Below are positions 13,246-26,305 of a stretch of DNA of 64,000 nucleotides, in pieces. The DNA is from Malacoraja senta. Its lineage: Eukaryota. The translations under genes and the position numbers were made by a program. The stretch spans positions 11,596,001-11,660,000 of the forward strand of contig CM075991.1 in NCBI GenBank assembly GCA_038087875.1. The letters are read 5' to 3'. The notes below the pieces were generated by a model, which was given only the letters and a program-made list of their open reading frames with translations, was not told the DNA's origin and searched no databases. The number at the start of each line of letters is the position of its first letter. The stretch's first letter is position 1.

Positions 13246-13800
13246 CGGCCGGCCCCGCCCCCGGCTAGCCACGCCCCTCCTCGCAGACACGCCCCCTCAT
13301 TGGCAGCCCGCCTCTCCGGCTAGCCACGCCCCTCCTGCTAGCCACGCCCCTCCTCGCAGACACGCCCTCTCATTGGCATCCCGCCTCTCCGGCTCGGCTA
13401 GCCACGCCCCTCCTGCTAACCACGCCCCTCCTCGCAGACACGCCCCCTCATTGACAGCCCGCCTCTCCGGCTAGCCACGCCCCTCCTGCTAGCCACGCCC
13501 CTCCTCGCAGACACGCCCTCTCATTGGCATCCCGCCTCTCCGGCTCGGCTAGCCACGCCCCTCCTGCTAACCACGCCCCTCCTGCTAGCCACCCCCTCCT
13601 GCTAGCCACGCCCCTCATCGCAAACACGCCCCCTCATTGGCAGCCCGCATCTCCGGCCAGCCACGCCCCCTCGTGCTAGCCACGCCCTCCCTTATTGTCA
13701 GCCCCGCCCACTGCCCCGCCTCTCTTGTTGGTCCCGCCCCTCTTGTTAGCCCCACCCCTCCCACAGGCCCTGCCCCTCGTGCTGGCCCCGCCTCCCCCCG
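13245..13800 (-). promoter_or_regulatory. CpG-island promoter built from tandem Sp/KLF (CCACGCCC, CCCCGCCC) and CCAAT modules
   Basis: More than 10 CCACGCCC copies, several CATTGG (CCAAT on minus), GC boxes and an internal 151-bp duplication. Confidence 0.65.
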
Positions 13801-13839
13801 CTTTAATCCCATAATCGTGACCTCGACCACAGTCAAATA

Positions 13840-14095
13840 AATTTGCTCAAAGTTGTGCAAAGCTACTCGTGCAAAGAAAGTTGTGCAAAGCAACCTGTGT
13901 TAAATCGTGCAAATAAACTTGTGCGAAGCAACATGTGCAAAGAAACTTATGCAGAGATGTTTGAAGAAAGTTGCGCAAAGAAACCTGTGCAGAGTTGTGT
14001 GAAGAAAGTTGTGCAAAGCAACGTGCAAATTTCTGCAAATAAACTTGTGCAGAGTCGTGCAAAGAAATTTGTGCAAAGAATATTGTGCAAAGATG
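13840..14095. repeat. Degenerate TTGTGCAAAG tandem repeat
   Basis: Repeated gtgcaa/gtgcag cores with A-rich spacers. Confidence 0.85.
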
Positions 14096-15074
14096 TACAG
14101 AAGGACCCCAGGGTCCAAGTCCTTAACTCCCTGAGAGTGGCAACACAAGTATATAAATGGTAAAGGAGGCACATGGTATGGATGGGTCTTTGAGTGTTAG
14201 AGTGTGATCCAGATTTATAAGATTTTTGTTTGGCCACATTTGGGGTATTGTTTTCTATGGTCGCCAGAGTTTGCAATGAGACCTGATAGGTGTATAAAAT
14301 TATGAGAGGCTTAGGTGGTGGAGGCAGAGTCTAGATCTGAAACTTCGCCGACTCTAATAAACCTGTGCGAGATTAGATTCATGCCTTTAACTCACTCCTG
14401 GCTACCCGATACTCTAAATCCACTGTATCCCTTGATTTGACGATCTGTAAGTCGTTCCTGGGTTGCTGTATAAAACCCTCAGAATCCAATCCTCAGATTC
14501 CAGCCTGACTCTCACTCTTGCCGCTTTATGATATTAACCACTGGGCCAGCCGACAATCCCACAGCTCAGCCACAAACGTCAGCAGAGCTTCTAATGAAGC
14601 TCCTGCTGCAGTACTTGAGTTGACACAGCCACAAGGAAGGACTGAACAGTGTAGGACCTGCACATGGGGAACCTGCAGGTGGTGGTGTTCCCATGTGCAG
14701 GAAAGAACCGCAGATGATGGTTTAAACCAAAGATGGACACAAAAGGCTGAAGTAACTCAGCGGGTAGAGTAGTGTATGTGTGTGTATATATGTATATATA
14801 TATATATATTGTGAGTGTATGTATATATACACACTGAACTTTTCTTTTCTCTCGTTTATCATATCACACCATGTTTACAAATTCTGTTGTGCTGCAGCAA
14901 GTCAAAGATTTCATTGTTCTATCTGGAACACATGACAATAAAACACCCTTGACTCTTGACTCTTGGGCCAGGCAGCTTTTCTCCAGAGATGCTGTCTGAC
15001 CCGCTGAGTTATTCCAGCTTTTTATGTCTATCTTCAGTATTGGTTCCAAGGTGCTCCGTGTATTTGGAGTAATA

Positions 15075-15342
15075 AGGGCCTGTCCCACTTACCCGATTTT
15101 TTCGGCGACTTGCCGGCATAGTCGCAGCAGGTTGCCGAAAATTTAAAAAATGTTGAAAATCCAGCGGCGACCAGAAAAAGGTTGTGGGGTGACGCCTGTT
15201 TGGTGGTGAGTAGTCTCCCAAAGAGTCGTACCTCTCTCTGGTCGCTGCTGGATTCTCCACATTTTGAAAGTTTTCGGCGACCCGCTGCGACTATGACGGG
15301 TGCCAGCAAGTCGCCGGCAATTGCGTAAGTGGGACAGGCCCT
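15075..15342. mobile_element. MITE with 18-bp terminal inverted repeats (PIF/Harbinger-like)
   Basis: AGGGCCTGTCCCACTTAC...GTAAGTGGGACAGGCCCT with a quasi-palindromic interior; TSD not clean in this copy. Confidence 0.8.
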
Positions 15343-15725
15343 AGTCTTGGAGGTTGTGCTGGTAGCCTGGACTGTGCGGTACATGTTATAGCTCAGCCTC
15401 TTCTGGTGGTGAGGTCGTGAGTGTTTCAGTTGTCGTGGACACGCACACCTCCACATTTAGGGACAGTCTCTTCCCAGCTGTTATCAGGCAACTGAACTGC
15501 CCTCTCACCGGCTAGAGTGCAGTCCTGACCTCCCATCTACCTCTTTGAACTATCTTTAATTGAACCTTATAGGACTTGCATTAAATGTTGAGCCCTCTAT
15601 CTGTGCACAGTGGACAACTTGATTGTATTCATGTTCATATGTTCATTCCCTTTGACCTCTCGTTTTCACTCCTTACCCTTCCATATCTCTGTGTCTCTCT
15701 CTCCCCTGACACTAAGTCTGCAGAA

Positions 15726-16325
15726 GTCAAGTCAAGTCACTTTTATTTCTATAGCACATTTACAAAGCAACTCTCGTTGGCCAAAGTGCTTTACATTGGT
15801 ATAAGAATAGTATAAAAAACAACAGTGGTTCATAGATTAAATACAAACATCACTACATACATATAGCCCTCGCTCAGAGGACGTCAAGAAAGGCTTGGGA
15901 GTATAGATAAGTTTTTAGTCTTGACTTAAAGGAGTCGATGGAGGGGGCAGTTCTGATGGGAAGAGGGATGCTGTTCCACAGTCTAGGAGCTGCAACCGCA
16001 AAGGCGCGGTCGCCCCTGAGCTTATGCCTAGACCCCAAGTCGGCCGATCTGAGGGACCTGGAGGTGGTGTGGTGGGTAAGCAGACTTTTGATGTAGGTGG
16101 GGGCTGCAGCGTTTTGGACCAGTTGCAGGCGGGACAGGGAAGATTAGCTGATGCCAGTGTAGAGGGAGTTGCAGTAATCTAGGTGGGAGGAGATAAATAT
16201 GTGGATGATCTTTTCGAGGTCATCAAACTGGAGGAATTGTTTTATTTTAGCTATCGTCCGAAGCTGAAAGAAGCTAGCTTTTACCACGGCATTGACTTGT
16301 TTGTCAAATTTCAGTTCTGAGTCAA
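15726..16325 (-). mobile_element. L2 LINE 3' fragment with internal deletions
   Basis: FFQLRTIAKIKQFLQFDDLEKIIHIFISSHLDYCNSLYTG motif and TTGAC tail. Confidence 0.85.
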
Positions 16326-16793
16326 ATATCAGAAGGGTCTCGACCCGAAACGTCACCCATTCCTTCTCTCCAGAGATGCTGCCTGTCCCGCTGAGTTACT
16401 CCAGCGTTTTGTGTCTATCTTCGATGGGATATTGTCTATGGGATCCCAGAGATGGGATATTACTGGTGGACTCCAAGACAGTAGGATAAGGTTTCCATTG
16501 CCCAATGATTAGGGAGGATGAGTAAATTCCTGGAGACGGAGATATTGGAAACATAGAAAATAGGATGTTTGTTCGATGTTGAGAGGCCTTCAGGGAATGA
16601 AACAGAGAATGGTCAGAGTGTGGTCACAAGCCCGTCCACTGCTCATTTCCCCGTTTTCAGGACGCTCGCTCTGAAGGACGCTCTCTCACTTACGAACCTT
16701 GTCTCAAACGAAACTTGTGATTCATTCTCTGCAACAGCCCTCTCTGACTGCTCGCAGCGTGGAGCGGTGAAGTTCACAAAAACCAGACTGTAC

Positions 16794-16809
16794 AAAGTGA
16801 AACTGAAAC
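16794..16809 (+). promoter_or_regulatory. ISRE/IRF-binding element
   Basis: AAAGTGAAACTGAAAC matches the GAAANNGAAA consensus in unique DNA. Confidence 0.5.
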
Positions 16810-16940
16810 GTACGTGGGAGAGTGTGGCATTGTCGAGTGCCAAAGGCAGCATATAGCATCCACGGTAAAACCAACCTCAATATTGCTGAAACCTCTTCCG
16901 AAATGACGGAGCACTAATGTAACACTATTACATCCACTTC

Positions 16941-16950
16941 TTTCACTTCC
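16941..16950 (-). promoter_or_regulatory. ETS-IRF composite element (EICE)
   Basis: GGAAGTGAAA on minus matches GGAAnnGAAA. Confidence 0.4.
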
Positions 16951-17855
16951 GTTTTTTATTTTTTGTTATCAATGGAATATTAAGCCCTGTCTTTTGAGAA
17001 ATATTCTATTACACCAGGCTTGTTTGGCATAGATGTCATACAGCTATACGGGTCAAAACAGGCCCTTTGGCCCACCATGTCTATCATACCGGGCTAGTCC
17101 CACTTGCCTGTATTTCAATCAATCAATCAATCAATCAATCAATTATAGCACATTTAAAAACAACTCACGTTGACCAGAGTGCTGTACATCAGAGCAGATA
17201 CTAATGTGCTACATACAATGGTACACATACCTAAGAATACATACATTAACTGTTTACAGCGCCCCCTCAGAGGGGCACAAAAAACGCTAGGGAGTAGAAA
17301 TAGGTTTTGAGCCTCGATTTAAAGGAGTCGATGGAGGGGGCAGTTCTGATGAGGAGAGGGCTGCTGTTCCACAGTTTAGGTGCTGCAACCGCAAAAGCTA
17401 TTTGGCTATTTCTGTCTATTTTTACCTGTATATATATATGTCCTAATGTCTTTTAAAAGTCATTATTGTATCCATTTCTATAGCCTCCTGTGGCAGCTCA
17501 TTCCAGATGTGACTTACCTCCGAGCGTGAGGTCCCTTTTAAATCTCGCCCCTCTCATCTTAAGACTACATGTATGTCCTCTAGTCTGAGAATCCTCTACC
17601 ATGGGAATAAGGCTGTGAACATTCCCTTATCCGTGCTCCCCATGATCTTGTACACCTCAATAAGGTCACCCATCAGCTTCCTGCACTACAAAGAAAAAGT
17701 CCTAGACTGTCCAACCTCTCCGGACTGTCAAAGTCGCCACAGCCAGACATAAAAACATGAGCAGTAGCACTACTCAATAACCAAAAGTCTGTAGCCTCCT
17801 TTTGCTCTGGTATTTTAACAGCACCTAAATGTTTTATTCTTAATGTTTTAATGTT

Positions 17856-18370
17856 TGAGGAAGGACATCCTTGTGATTGAGGCAGTGCAGCGTAGGTTCA
17901 CGAGATTGATCCCTGGGATGGCGGGACTGTCATATGAGGAAAGATTGAAAAGGCTAGGCTTGTATTCACTGGAGTTTAGAAGGATGAGGGGGATCTTATA
18001 GAAACATATAAAATTATAAAAGGACTGGACAAGCTAGATGCAGGAAATATGTTCCCAATGTTGGGCGAGTCCAGAACCAGGGGCCACAGTCTTAGAATAA
18101 AGGGGAAGTCATTTAAGACTGAGGTGAGAAAAAACTTTTTCACCCAGAGAGTTGTGAATTTGTGGAATTCCCTGCCACAGAGGAATTGTGGAGGCCGTCA
18201 CTGGATGGATTTAAGAGAGAGTTAAATAGAGCTCTAGGGGCTAGTGGAGTCAAGGGATATGGGGAGAAGGCAGGCACGGGTTATTGATAGGGGACGATCA
18301 GCCATGATCACAATGAATGGCGGTGCTGGCTCGAAGGGCCGAATGGCCTCCTCCTGCTATTTTCTATGTT
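17856..18370 (+). mobile_element. CR1-type LINE 3' fragment
   Basis: Closely similar to the other CR1 3' ends in the window. Confidence 0.85.
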
Positions 18371-18671
18371 TCTATATAATGTTTTATGTTTTATTCTTAA
18401 TTGTTTACTGTATGTCGTGTTGTTTCTTGCGAGCGGAGCACCAAGGCAAATTCCTTGTATGTGTACATACTTGGCCAATAAACTTATTCATTCATTCATT
18501 CCTTATATCTCAAGCCTCCTAACCCAGGAAGACATCCTGGTGAATCTCTTCTGCACCCTTTCTAACGTAATGCCATCCTCCCTATAGCTGAGTGACCAGA
18601 ACTTCACCCAATACTCCAATACCCTCACAAATTACTTGTATATCTGTATCATGATGCCCCAACTATTGTAC

Positions 18672-19255
18672 TCAAGGCAAATCTTTCCACAGCTGCCTGG
18701 AATCCGTCAGGAATCCTGGCGACTGAGCAGGACTGGCAGCTTTCTGTAGACCTGGTGAAACAGCTGAAGTTCCAACAGCACATTGCCACGACCACCCTGA
18801 GGCCAAACATCCTCCTGGTCTCAGAGGCGACAAAAAAACATTGTCTTGTTGGAACTGACAGTACCGTCTGGAGGAGAGGAAGAAGACCAAGTACGAAGAG
18901 CTGGTCATAGACGGCCGTAAACAGGGCTGGAAGGCAAGGTGTATGCCCATCGAGTTTGGCTGCAGAGGTTTTGCAGGGCAATCGCTCTACAAAGCCTTGA
19001 GTGCACTGGGCATCAACGGAATGGAGAGGAGAAGAGCCATCAAGAACACCACAGAGGCAGCGGAGAAGGCCTCGAGATGGCTCTGGATCAGGAGAGAAGG
19101 TCCATGGGGAGGAGCGAATGCCACCTGAACACGTTGTGGTCTGATCAACCACGGCTGGGTCGCCTGGGTGAGGGTGTCTGATGTTGAAAGACCCGAAACA
19201 CCCAATGACCCCCATGTTGCATCACTGATGATGTGTTCAGGAGCATCAAGAGATG
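18672..19255 (+). mobile_element. 3' end of an RLE-type non-LTR retrotransposon (Hero-like), frameshifted
   Basis: Translates to TTLRPNILLVS...RKKTKYEEL...GWKARCMPIEFGCRGFAGQSL...TEAAEKASRWLWIRR, the restriction-like endonuclease C-terminus. Confidence 0.7.
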
Positions 19256-19314
19256 TATTTTTATCAACCAATGATGGGCAGGGCACCAGATGGGATATTT
19301 TCATCCTTAAATTT

Positions 19315-19600
19315 AGTTTAGTTCATAGATACAGCGCGGAAACAGGCCCTTCGGCCCACTGAGTCCGTGCCAGCCAGCGATCCCCATACACTAGCTCTAT
19401 CCAACACACACAAGGGACAATTTACAATTTACAATTTTTACCTACAAACCTGCACATCTTTGGAGTATGGGAGGAACCTGGAGCACCTGGGGAAAACCCA
19501 CGCGGGTCATGGGGAGAATGTACAAGCTCCGTACAGTCAGGATTGAACCCGGGTCTCTGGCGCTGTGACGCTGCAACTCTACCGCTGCGCCACCGTGCCG
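19315..19600 (-). mobile_element. V-SINE (HE1-like), near full length
   Basis: tRNA-like head GGCACGGTGGCGCAGCGG, B box and (AAACT)n tail on minus. Confidence 0.8.
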
Positions 19601-19819
19601 CCCCAAGAATGTAGGAGAGACGTTCAGAAACATGGTCACGTTCTCCACATTGAGGGCTTGCTGGGTAACACACGTAAACACCAAAGGGCCAAACAACTTG
19701 ACCAAAGCACTCACAGCCAAAGTACAGCAGACGCTGTGGAAAATGCTGGAAAAATGCATCCAGTCAGGCAACATCTCGGGATGGAGAAAGAGTTAATGGC
19801 TCAACCGCAGCTCTGACAG

Positions 19820-20424
19820 TTATCTCCTCCCGCCTAGATTACTGCAACTCCCTTTACACTGGCATCAGCCAATCTTCCCTGTCCCGCCTGCAACTGGTCC
19901 AAAACGCCGCAGCGAGACTCCTGACGGGCACCCGAAAAAGGGACCACATCACCCCGATCCTGGCCTCTCTCCACTGGCTCCCTGTGCGGTTCCGTATAAA
20001 CTTCAAGATCCTCCTCCATGTCTACAAAGCCCTCAATGGGCTTGCCCCCACCTACATTAAAAGTCTTCTCACCCACCACTCCACCTCCAGGTCCCTCAGA
20101 TCGGCCGACTTGGGGTTGCTGAATATCCCACAGTCTAGGCATAAGCTCAGGGGCGACCGTGCCTTTGTGGTTGCAGCCCCTAGACTGTGGAACAGCATCC
20201 CCCTTCCCATCAGAACTGCCCCCTCCATCGACTCCTTTAAGTCAAGACTAAAAACGTATCTATACTCCCAAGCCTTTCTTGACATCCTCTGAGCGAGAGC
20301 TATATGTATATATGTATGTAGTTTGTTTGTTTATACTATTCTGATATATAAGCACTTTGGTCAACGAAAGTTGTTTTTTAAATGTGCTATATAAATAAAT
20401 GTGACTTGACTTGACTTGACTTGA
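19820..20424 (+). mobile_element. L2 LINE 3' fragment
   Basis: RINFKILLHVYKALNGLAPTYI...GDRAFVVAAPRLWNS motif and (GACTT)n tail. Confidence 0.9.
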
Positions 20425-20687
20425 CAAAGAGTCACCAATCTGAAACCTAACCAATTCTCTCTCCACAGATGCTGCCCGACCTGCTGAGTCTTTCCAGCGT
20501 TCTCCAGCTTTAGTTCAGATTTCCAGCATCTGCAGGTTTCATTTGATTTTCTTTTACTCTTAGAGAATACAATCATGAGAGGAATCGATCGGGTCGACGC
20601 ACAGAGTCTCTTTGTCCAGAGTTGGGGAATTGAGAACCAGGGGGCCTAGGTGTAAGGTGAAGGGGGTCAGGTAGCATCTCTGGAGAA

Positions 20688-21020
20688 ATTGTTCCCAATG
20701 TTGGGGCAGTCCAGAACAAGGGGTCACAGTTTAAGGATAAAGGGGAAGTCTTTTAGGACTGAGATGAGAAAAACATTTTTTACACAGAGAGTGGTGAATC
20801 TCTGGAATTCTCTGCCACAGAATGTAGTTGAGGCCAGTTCATTGGCTATATTTAAGAGGGAGTTAGATGTGGCCCTTGTGGCTAAAGGGATCAGGGGGTA
20901 TGGAGAGAAGGCAGGTACAGGATACTGAGTTGGATGATCAGACATGATCATATTGAATGGCTGTGCAGGCTCGAAGGGCCGAATGGCCTACTCCTGCACC
21001 TATTTTCTATGTTTCTATGA
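20688..21020 (+). mobile_element. CR1-type LINE 3' fragment
   Basis: MFPMLGQSRTRGHSLRIKG...FFTQRVVNLWNSLP motif. Confidence 0.85.
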
Positions 21021-22635
21021 AAGGAATAGGTGGCGTTTCGGGTCGAGACCCTTCTTCAGACTGAGAGTTCCCCAGTTCTGATGGGAGGGGACTCAAATCT
21101 GATACACCGACATTGTGTGTTTCTCTTTCCACAGATGCTGCCCGACCGACTGAGCTTTTCCAGCATTTCCTGTATTCAGTTCTCACATCTCACATAGCTC
21201 GATGAATTGGGCCATTCCAGGTGCTGCAGAAACATGATGTGTTGCTTGGCCCTGGAGGTTTGTGGCTATTGATAGTGGGGAGATGATTTGATTAGAGGCT
21301 GAGTGAGATGAGAACTCTGTGTAATATATTGGTGAGTTTTACAGTCAAATGATCAATTAACAGGAAATAGCAGAGTGTTGTGGCCCGGAAATGGTTTAGT
21401 TTGCTAAAGATTTTACGCACTTGGTGAGGTGTTGATGTCCATTGCCTCGTCAGACCTGAACATAGTCTGGGGAAACTCAGTTGTGGTTTTATCAGTCCTT
21501 CGAATTAAACATAACATTCATATCTGCTCACACAAATGAATCAAAAAGATCCCGTGAACAATATTTGTGGCTAATATTTGCAACTCAAATAAACAGGTCT
21601 GAAGAAGGGTCTTGACTGGAAACATCACCCGTTCCTTCTCTCTAGAGATGCTGCTTGTCCCGCTGAGTTGCTCCAGCTTTTTGTGTCTATCTTCAGTTTA
21701 AACCAGCATCTGCAGTTCCTTCCTATACAAACAGGTTATCAGGTTCTTTTCACCCTCTTGCTGTGGGATCTTGCCGTGTAAGACCTGCCTGTGCACATGC
21801 TACACAGCAGATGGGAACAGGGTTCAGTTTAGTTTATTGTCACATGTACCGAGGTACAGTGAAAAGCTTTTGTTGCGTGCTAACCAGTCAGCAGAAAGAC
21901 AATACATGATTACAATCAAGCCATTTACAGTGTACAGATACATGATAAGGAAATAACATTTAGCGCAAGGTAAAGCCAGCAAAGTCCGATCAAGAACAGT
22001 CCGAGGGTCACCAAAGAGGTAGATAGTAGTTCAGCACTGCTCTCTGGTTGTGGTAGGATGATTCAGTTGCCTGATAACAGCTGGGAAGAAACTGTCCCTG
22101 AATCTAGAGGTTTAAGAAGGAACTGCAGATGCTGGAAAATCGAAGGTAGACAAAAATGCTGGAGAAACTCAGCGGGTGCAGCAGCATCTATGGAGCGAAG
22201 GAAATAATTTCCTTTGCTCCATAGATGCTGCTGCACCCGCTGAGTTTCTCCAGCATTTTTGTCTACCTGAATGTGCGTTTTCACACTTCTGCACCTCTTG
22301 CCCGATGGGAGAGGGGAGAAGAGGGAGTGACTGATCCTTGATTATTCTGCTGGCCTTTGCCGAGGCAGCGTGAGGTGTAGATGGAGTCGATAGAAGGGAG
22401 GTTGGTTTGTGTGATGGTCTGGGCTGCGTCCACAATTCGCTGCAGTTACGTGTGGTCTTCGATGGAGCTGTTATGAGTCCAGAGAAGTCATTCCAGAGCT
22501 AAACAGGTTTTCCTCGGCAAGATCACCTCCCATTCTTCCTAACGCCAAGGGGTCTCAATCCTATCTTGTTGGGGAAGAAACTGTGCTCTCACCAGGGCAA
22601 GGAGAACCTTCCTCAGACAGAAGACCAACGGCAGT

Positions 22636-23745
22636 ACGATACGATGCAACTTTATTTATCCCAGGAGGGAAATTAATCTGCCAACAGTGATAAACACAAA
22701 ATACATGAAACATGAAATTAAAGTGACGAGTGGAAAGGATTAGGGATGTGCAAAGATTGGGGTGGGGGTGGGTGGGGGGGTGTCAGCCTCAGTCTACCCA
22801 CACGACAGAAGGGGGGGGGAGTTGTACAGTTTGATAGCCACAGGGAAGAAGGATTTCCTGTGGCGTTCTGTGCTGCATCTTGGTGGAACCAGTCTGTTGC
22901 TGAAGGTGCTCCTCAGGTTGACCAGTGTGTCATGGAGGGGGTGAGCTGTATTGTCCAGGACGCTCCGCAGTTTGAGGAGCATCCTCCCCTCCAAGATCCA
23001 CCTCCCATGAATCCAACTAAGCCCCCAGGACGGAGCCAGCCTTCCTGATGAGTTTGTTGATCCTGTTGGTGTCATAGAAACATAGAAACATAGAAAATAG
23101 GTGCAGGAGTAGGCCATTCGGCCATTCGAGCCTGCACCGCCATTCGATATGATCAAGGCTGATCATCCAACTCAGTATCCCATCCCTGCCTTCTCTCCAT
23201 ACCCCCTGATCCCTTTAGCCACAAGGGCCACATCTAACTCCCTTAAATATAGCCAATGAACTGGCCTCAACTACCTTCTGTGGCAGAGAATTCCCCAGAT
23301 TCACCACTCTCTGTGTAAAAAATGATTTTCTCATCTCGGTCCTAAAAGACTTCCCTCTTATCCTTAAACTGTGACCCCTAGTTCTGGACTTCCCCAACGT
23401 CGGGAATAATCTTCCTGAATCTAGCCTGTCCAACCCCTTAAGAATTTTGTACGTTTCTATAAGATCCCCCCTCAATCTTCTAAATTCTAGCGTGTACAAG
23501 CCGAGTCTATCCAGTCTTTCTTCATATGAAAGTCCTGCCATCCCAGGAATCAGTCTGGTGAACCTCCCTGCTCTTATACTCAAATCCTTGAGTATCCACA
23601 GCCTTTGCCCTGCTGCCCCAGCACACGGCAGCGAAGAAGATGGCACTGGCCACCACCGCTTGTTAGAACATCTGCAGCATCTCACTGCAGATGTTGAAGG
23701 AGTGGAGCCTTCTCAAAAACTACCGCCGGCTCTGTCCCTTCTTGT
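22636..23745 (-). mobile_element. Rex1/Babar-like LINE 3' fragment interrupted by a CR1 fragment (~23073-23565)
   Basis: LDNTAHPLHDTL...RLVPPRCSTERHRKSFFPVAIKLYNS on one side and related sequence at 23566-23745; nested CR1 reads FTRLIPGMAGLSYEERLDRLGL. Confidence 0.7.
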
Positions 23746-24954
23746 AGTGGTGGCGATCGATACAATAATGGTGTTTAAGAAGCTTTTGGATAGCCAGGTG
23801 AATATGCGGATAATTGTGGAATGAGAAACACATGCAGGCAGGGGAGATTGGCTGGCATCCTGTTCACCACATACATTGTGGACTGAATGGCCTGTCCCAG
23901 AGCTGTACTATATTCTATGAACAGAAGATTCTGGGATCTGGAGCAAAGCACGAAGCGCTGGAAGAACTCAGTGGGTCAGGCAGCATCTGTGGAAGGAACG
24001 GATGGACAAAATTTTGGGACAGGACAATTTTTTCAATCTATTCCCTCCACAGATGCTGCCTGACCCACTGAGTTCCTCCAGGGTTATTTTGAGCCTTGCA
24101 TTTGATATTTTACTAACAGGAAACATGTTGCTTTTGTTTTTTGCCCCAACACCAATTCTCACTACCTGTAAAAATTTCCACCAGCCTTTATTTTGTATCA
24201 TTTCGTCAAGGTACTTTTTATTATTTTGACGATAATATTTCACCCGAGAAGCCGTTCCCACTGAAATAAGGTGGCAGGCATCATTCTGAGAACCACAAAT
24301 GGAGGCGGGGAAGTACCAAAGATTTCAGCGACTATTTCCAGAGGCTTCCAGGAAACTGTTCTGTGGTGAAGATGATGAAAAACGATTCTTGTAGTACAGT
24401 TGGATACAAACAGGTTCAAAACCAACCCACAAGGCATCACATCCACTTGCCGTCGACCAAAAAGCAACACGCAATGCTGGTTAACACAAGATTTCTAACC
24501 ACTCAACATCCACAGCATTTTCAGCAGGTCTGAAGAAGGGTTTCGACCAGAAACACCACCTACTCCTTTTCTCCAGAGATGTTGCCTGACCGGCTGAGTT
24601 TAGTTTAGTTACTCCAGCATTTAGTGTCTATTGCAAGTCCATGCTTGTTACAGTAATGCATTTCCTCAATTATGTACTGTACTCTCGCAAGCTGGAAATA
24701 ACTTGTCTTTAAAACGGAATTGGGCGTAAATAAATCAAGCTGGGGGGTTAGCCCACTCATCACTGAAACCCTGCCAATTCCAGTCAACTCAACGCATGCA
24801 GCCCTCCTTACTGACGGGACGGGGAAGTGAAAGACGCTTGTGCCAAACAGATTACACAAATATTTATCAAATGCGAGCTGCCACCGGGCTTTTTGGCAAC
24901 AGATGTGCTTGTCAAGTATTTGCAACGAATATCGATTAGCTGGGAATTCCATGT

Positions 24955-25380
24955 CCAAAGGTTGAACAAGATAGGTCTTTATTCTTTGGATCGCAGGTTA
25001 AGGGGGGACTTGATAGAGGTCTTTAAAATTATGAGAGGGATAGACAGAGTTGACGTGGATAAGCTTTTTCCATTGAGAGTAGGGAAGATTCAAACAAGAG
25101 GACATGATTTGAGAATTAAGGGACAAAAGTTTAGGGATAACATGAGGGGGAACTTCTTTACTCAGAGAGTGGTAGCTGTGTGGAATGAGCTTCCAGTGGA
25201 AGTGGTGGAGGCAGGTTCGATTTTATCATTTAAAAATAAATTGGATAGGTATATGGATGGGAAAGGAATGGAGGGTTATGGTCTGAGTGCAGGTAGATTG
25301 GACTAGGTGAAAGTGTTCGGCACGGACTAGAAGGGCCGAGATGGCCTGTTTCCGTGCTGTAATTGTTATATGGTTATATT
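24955..25380 (+). mobile_element. CR1-type LINE 3' fragment (second subfamily)
   Basis: RRLRGDLIEVFKIMRGIDRV...FFTQRVVAVWNELP motif. Confidence 0.85.
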
Positions 25381-25384
25381 AGAT

Positions 25385-26305
25385 TACACCCTCGAGGATA
25401 TAAAGTGTTGGATGGCCCAGAACTTCCTCCAACTAAACGAGAGCAAGTCTGAGGTCATCCTACTCGGCCCCTCGGAATCCATCAAAACGATAGCAGGCAG
25501 CCTTGGAAGCCTTACCCCACTACTCAAACCGCACGTCAAAAACATTGGCGTGATATTTGACTCCGCATAGAAGTTTGACAAACAAGTCAATGCTGTGGTC
25601 AAAGCTAGCTTCTCCCAGCTTCCCACGATAGCTAAAATCAAACCATTCCTCCAATTCGACGACCTTGAAAAGATCATCCACGCATTTATCTCCTCCCGCC
25701 TTGATTACTGCAACTCCCTTTACACTGGCATCAGCCAATCTTCCCTGTCCCGCCTGCAACTGGTCCAAAACACCACAGCGAGACTTCTGACGGGCACCCG
25801 AAAAAGGGACCACATCACCCCGATCCTGGCCTCTCTCCACTGGCTCCCAGTGCGGTTCAGAATCAATTTCAAGCTCCTCCTTTATGTTTACAAAGCCCTT
25901 AACGGGCTTGCCCCCACCTACATCAAAAATCTGCTAACCCACCATTCTACCTCCAGGTCCCTCAGATCGGCCGACTTGGGGTTACTGACCATCCCACGGT
26001 CTAGGCATAAGCTCAGGGGCGACCGCGCTTTTGCTGTTGCAGCTCCTAGACTGTGGAACAGCATCCCTCTTCTCATCAGAACTGCCCCCTCCATCCACTC
26101 CTTTGTCTAGATTTAAAACTTATTTCTACTCACAAGCTTTTCTTGAGGTCCTCTGAGGGAGCGCTGTATGTATGTATTTATGTATGTATTGTTGATCTAT
26201 GTACCACTGTATGTAGCATGTTAGTACCTGCACTGATGTAAAGCACTTTGATCAACCAGAGTTGTTTTTAAATGTGCTATAGAAATAAAATTGACTTGAC
26301 TTGAC
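25385..26305 (+). mobile_element. L2 LINE 3' fragment
   Basis: WMAQNFLQLNESKSEV...ISSRLDYCNSL...HITPILASLHWLPVRFRINFK motif and TTGAC tail. Confidence 0.9.
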
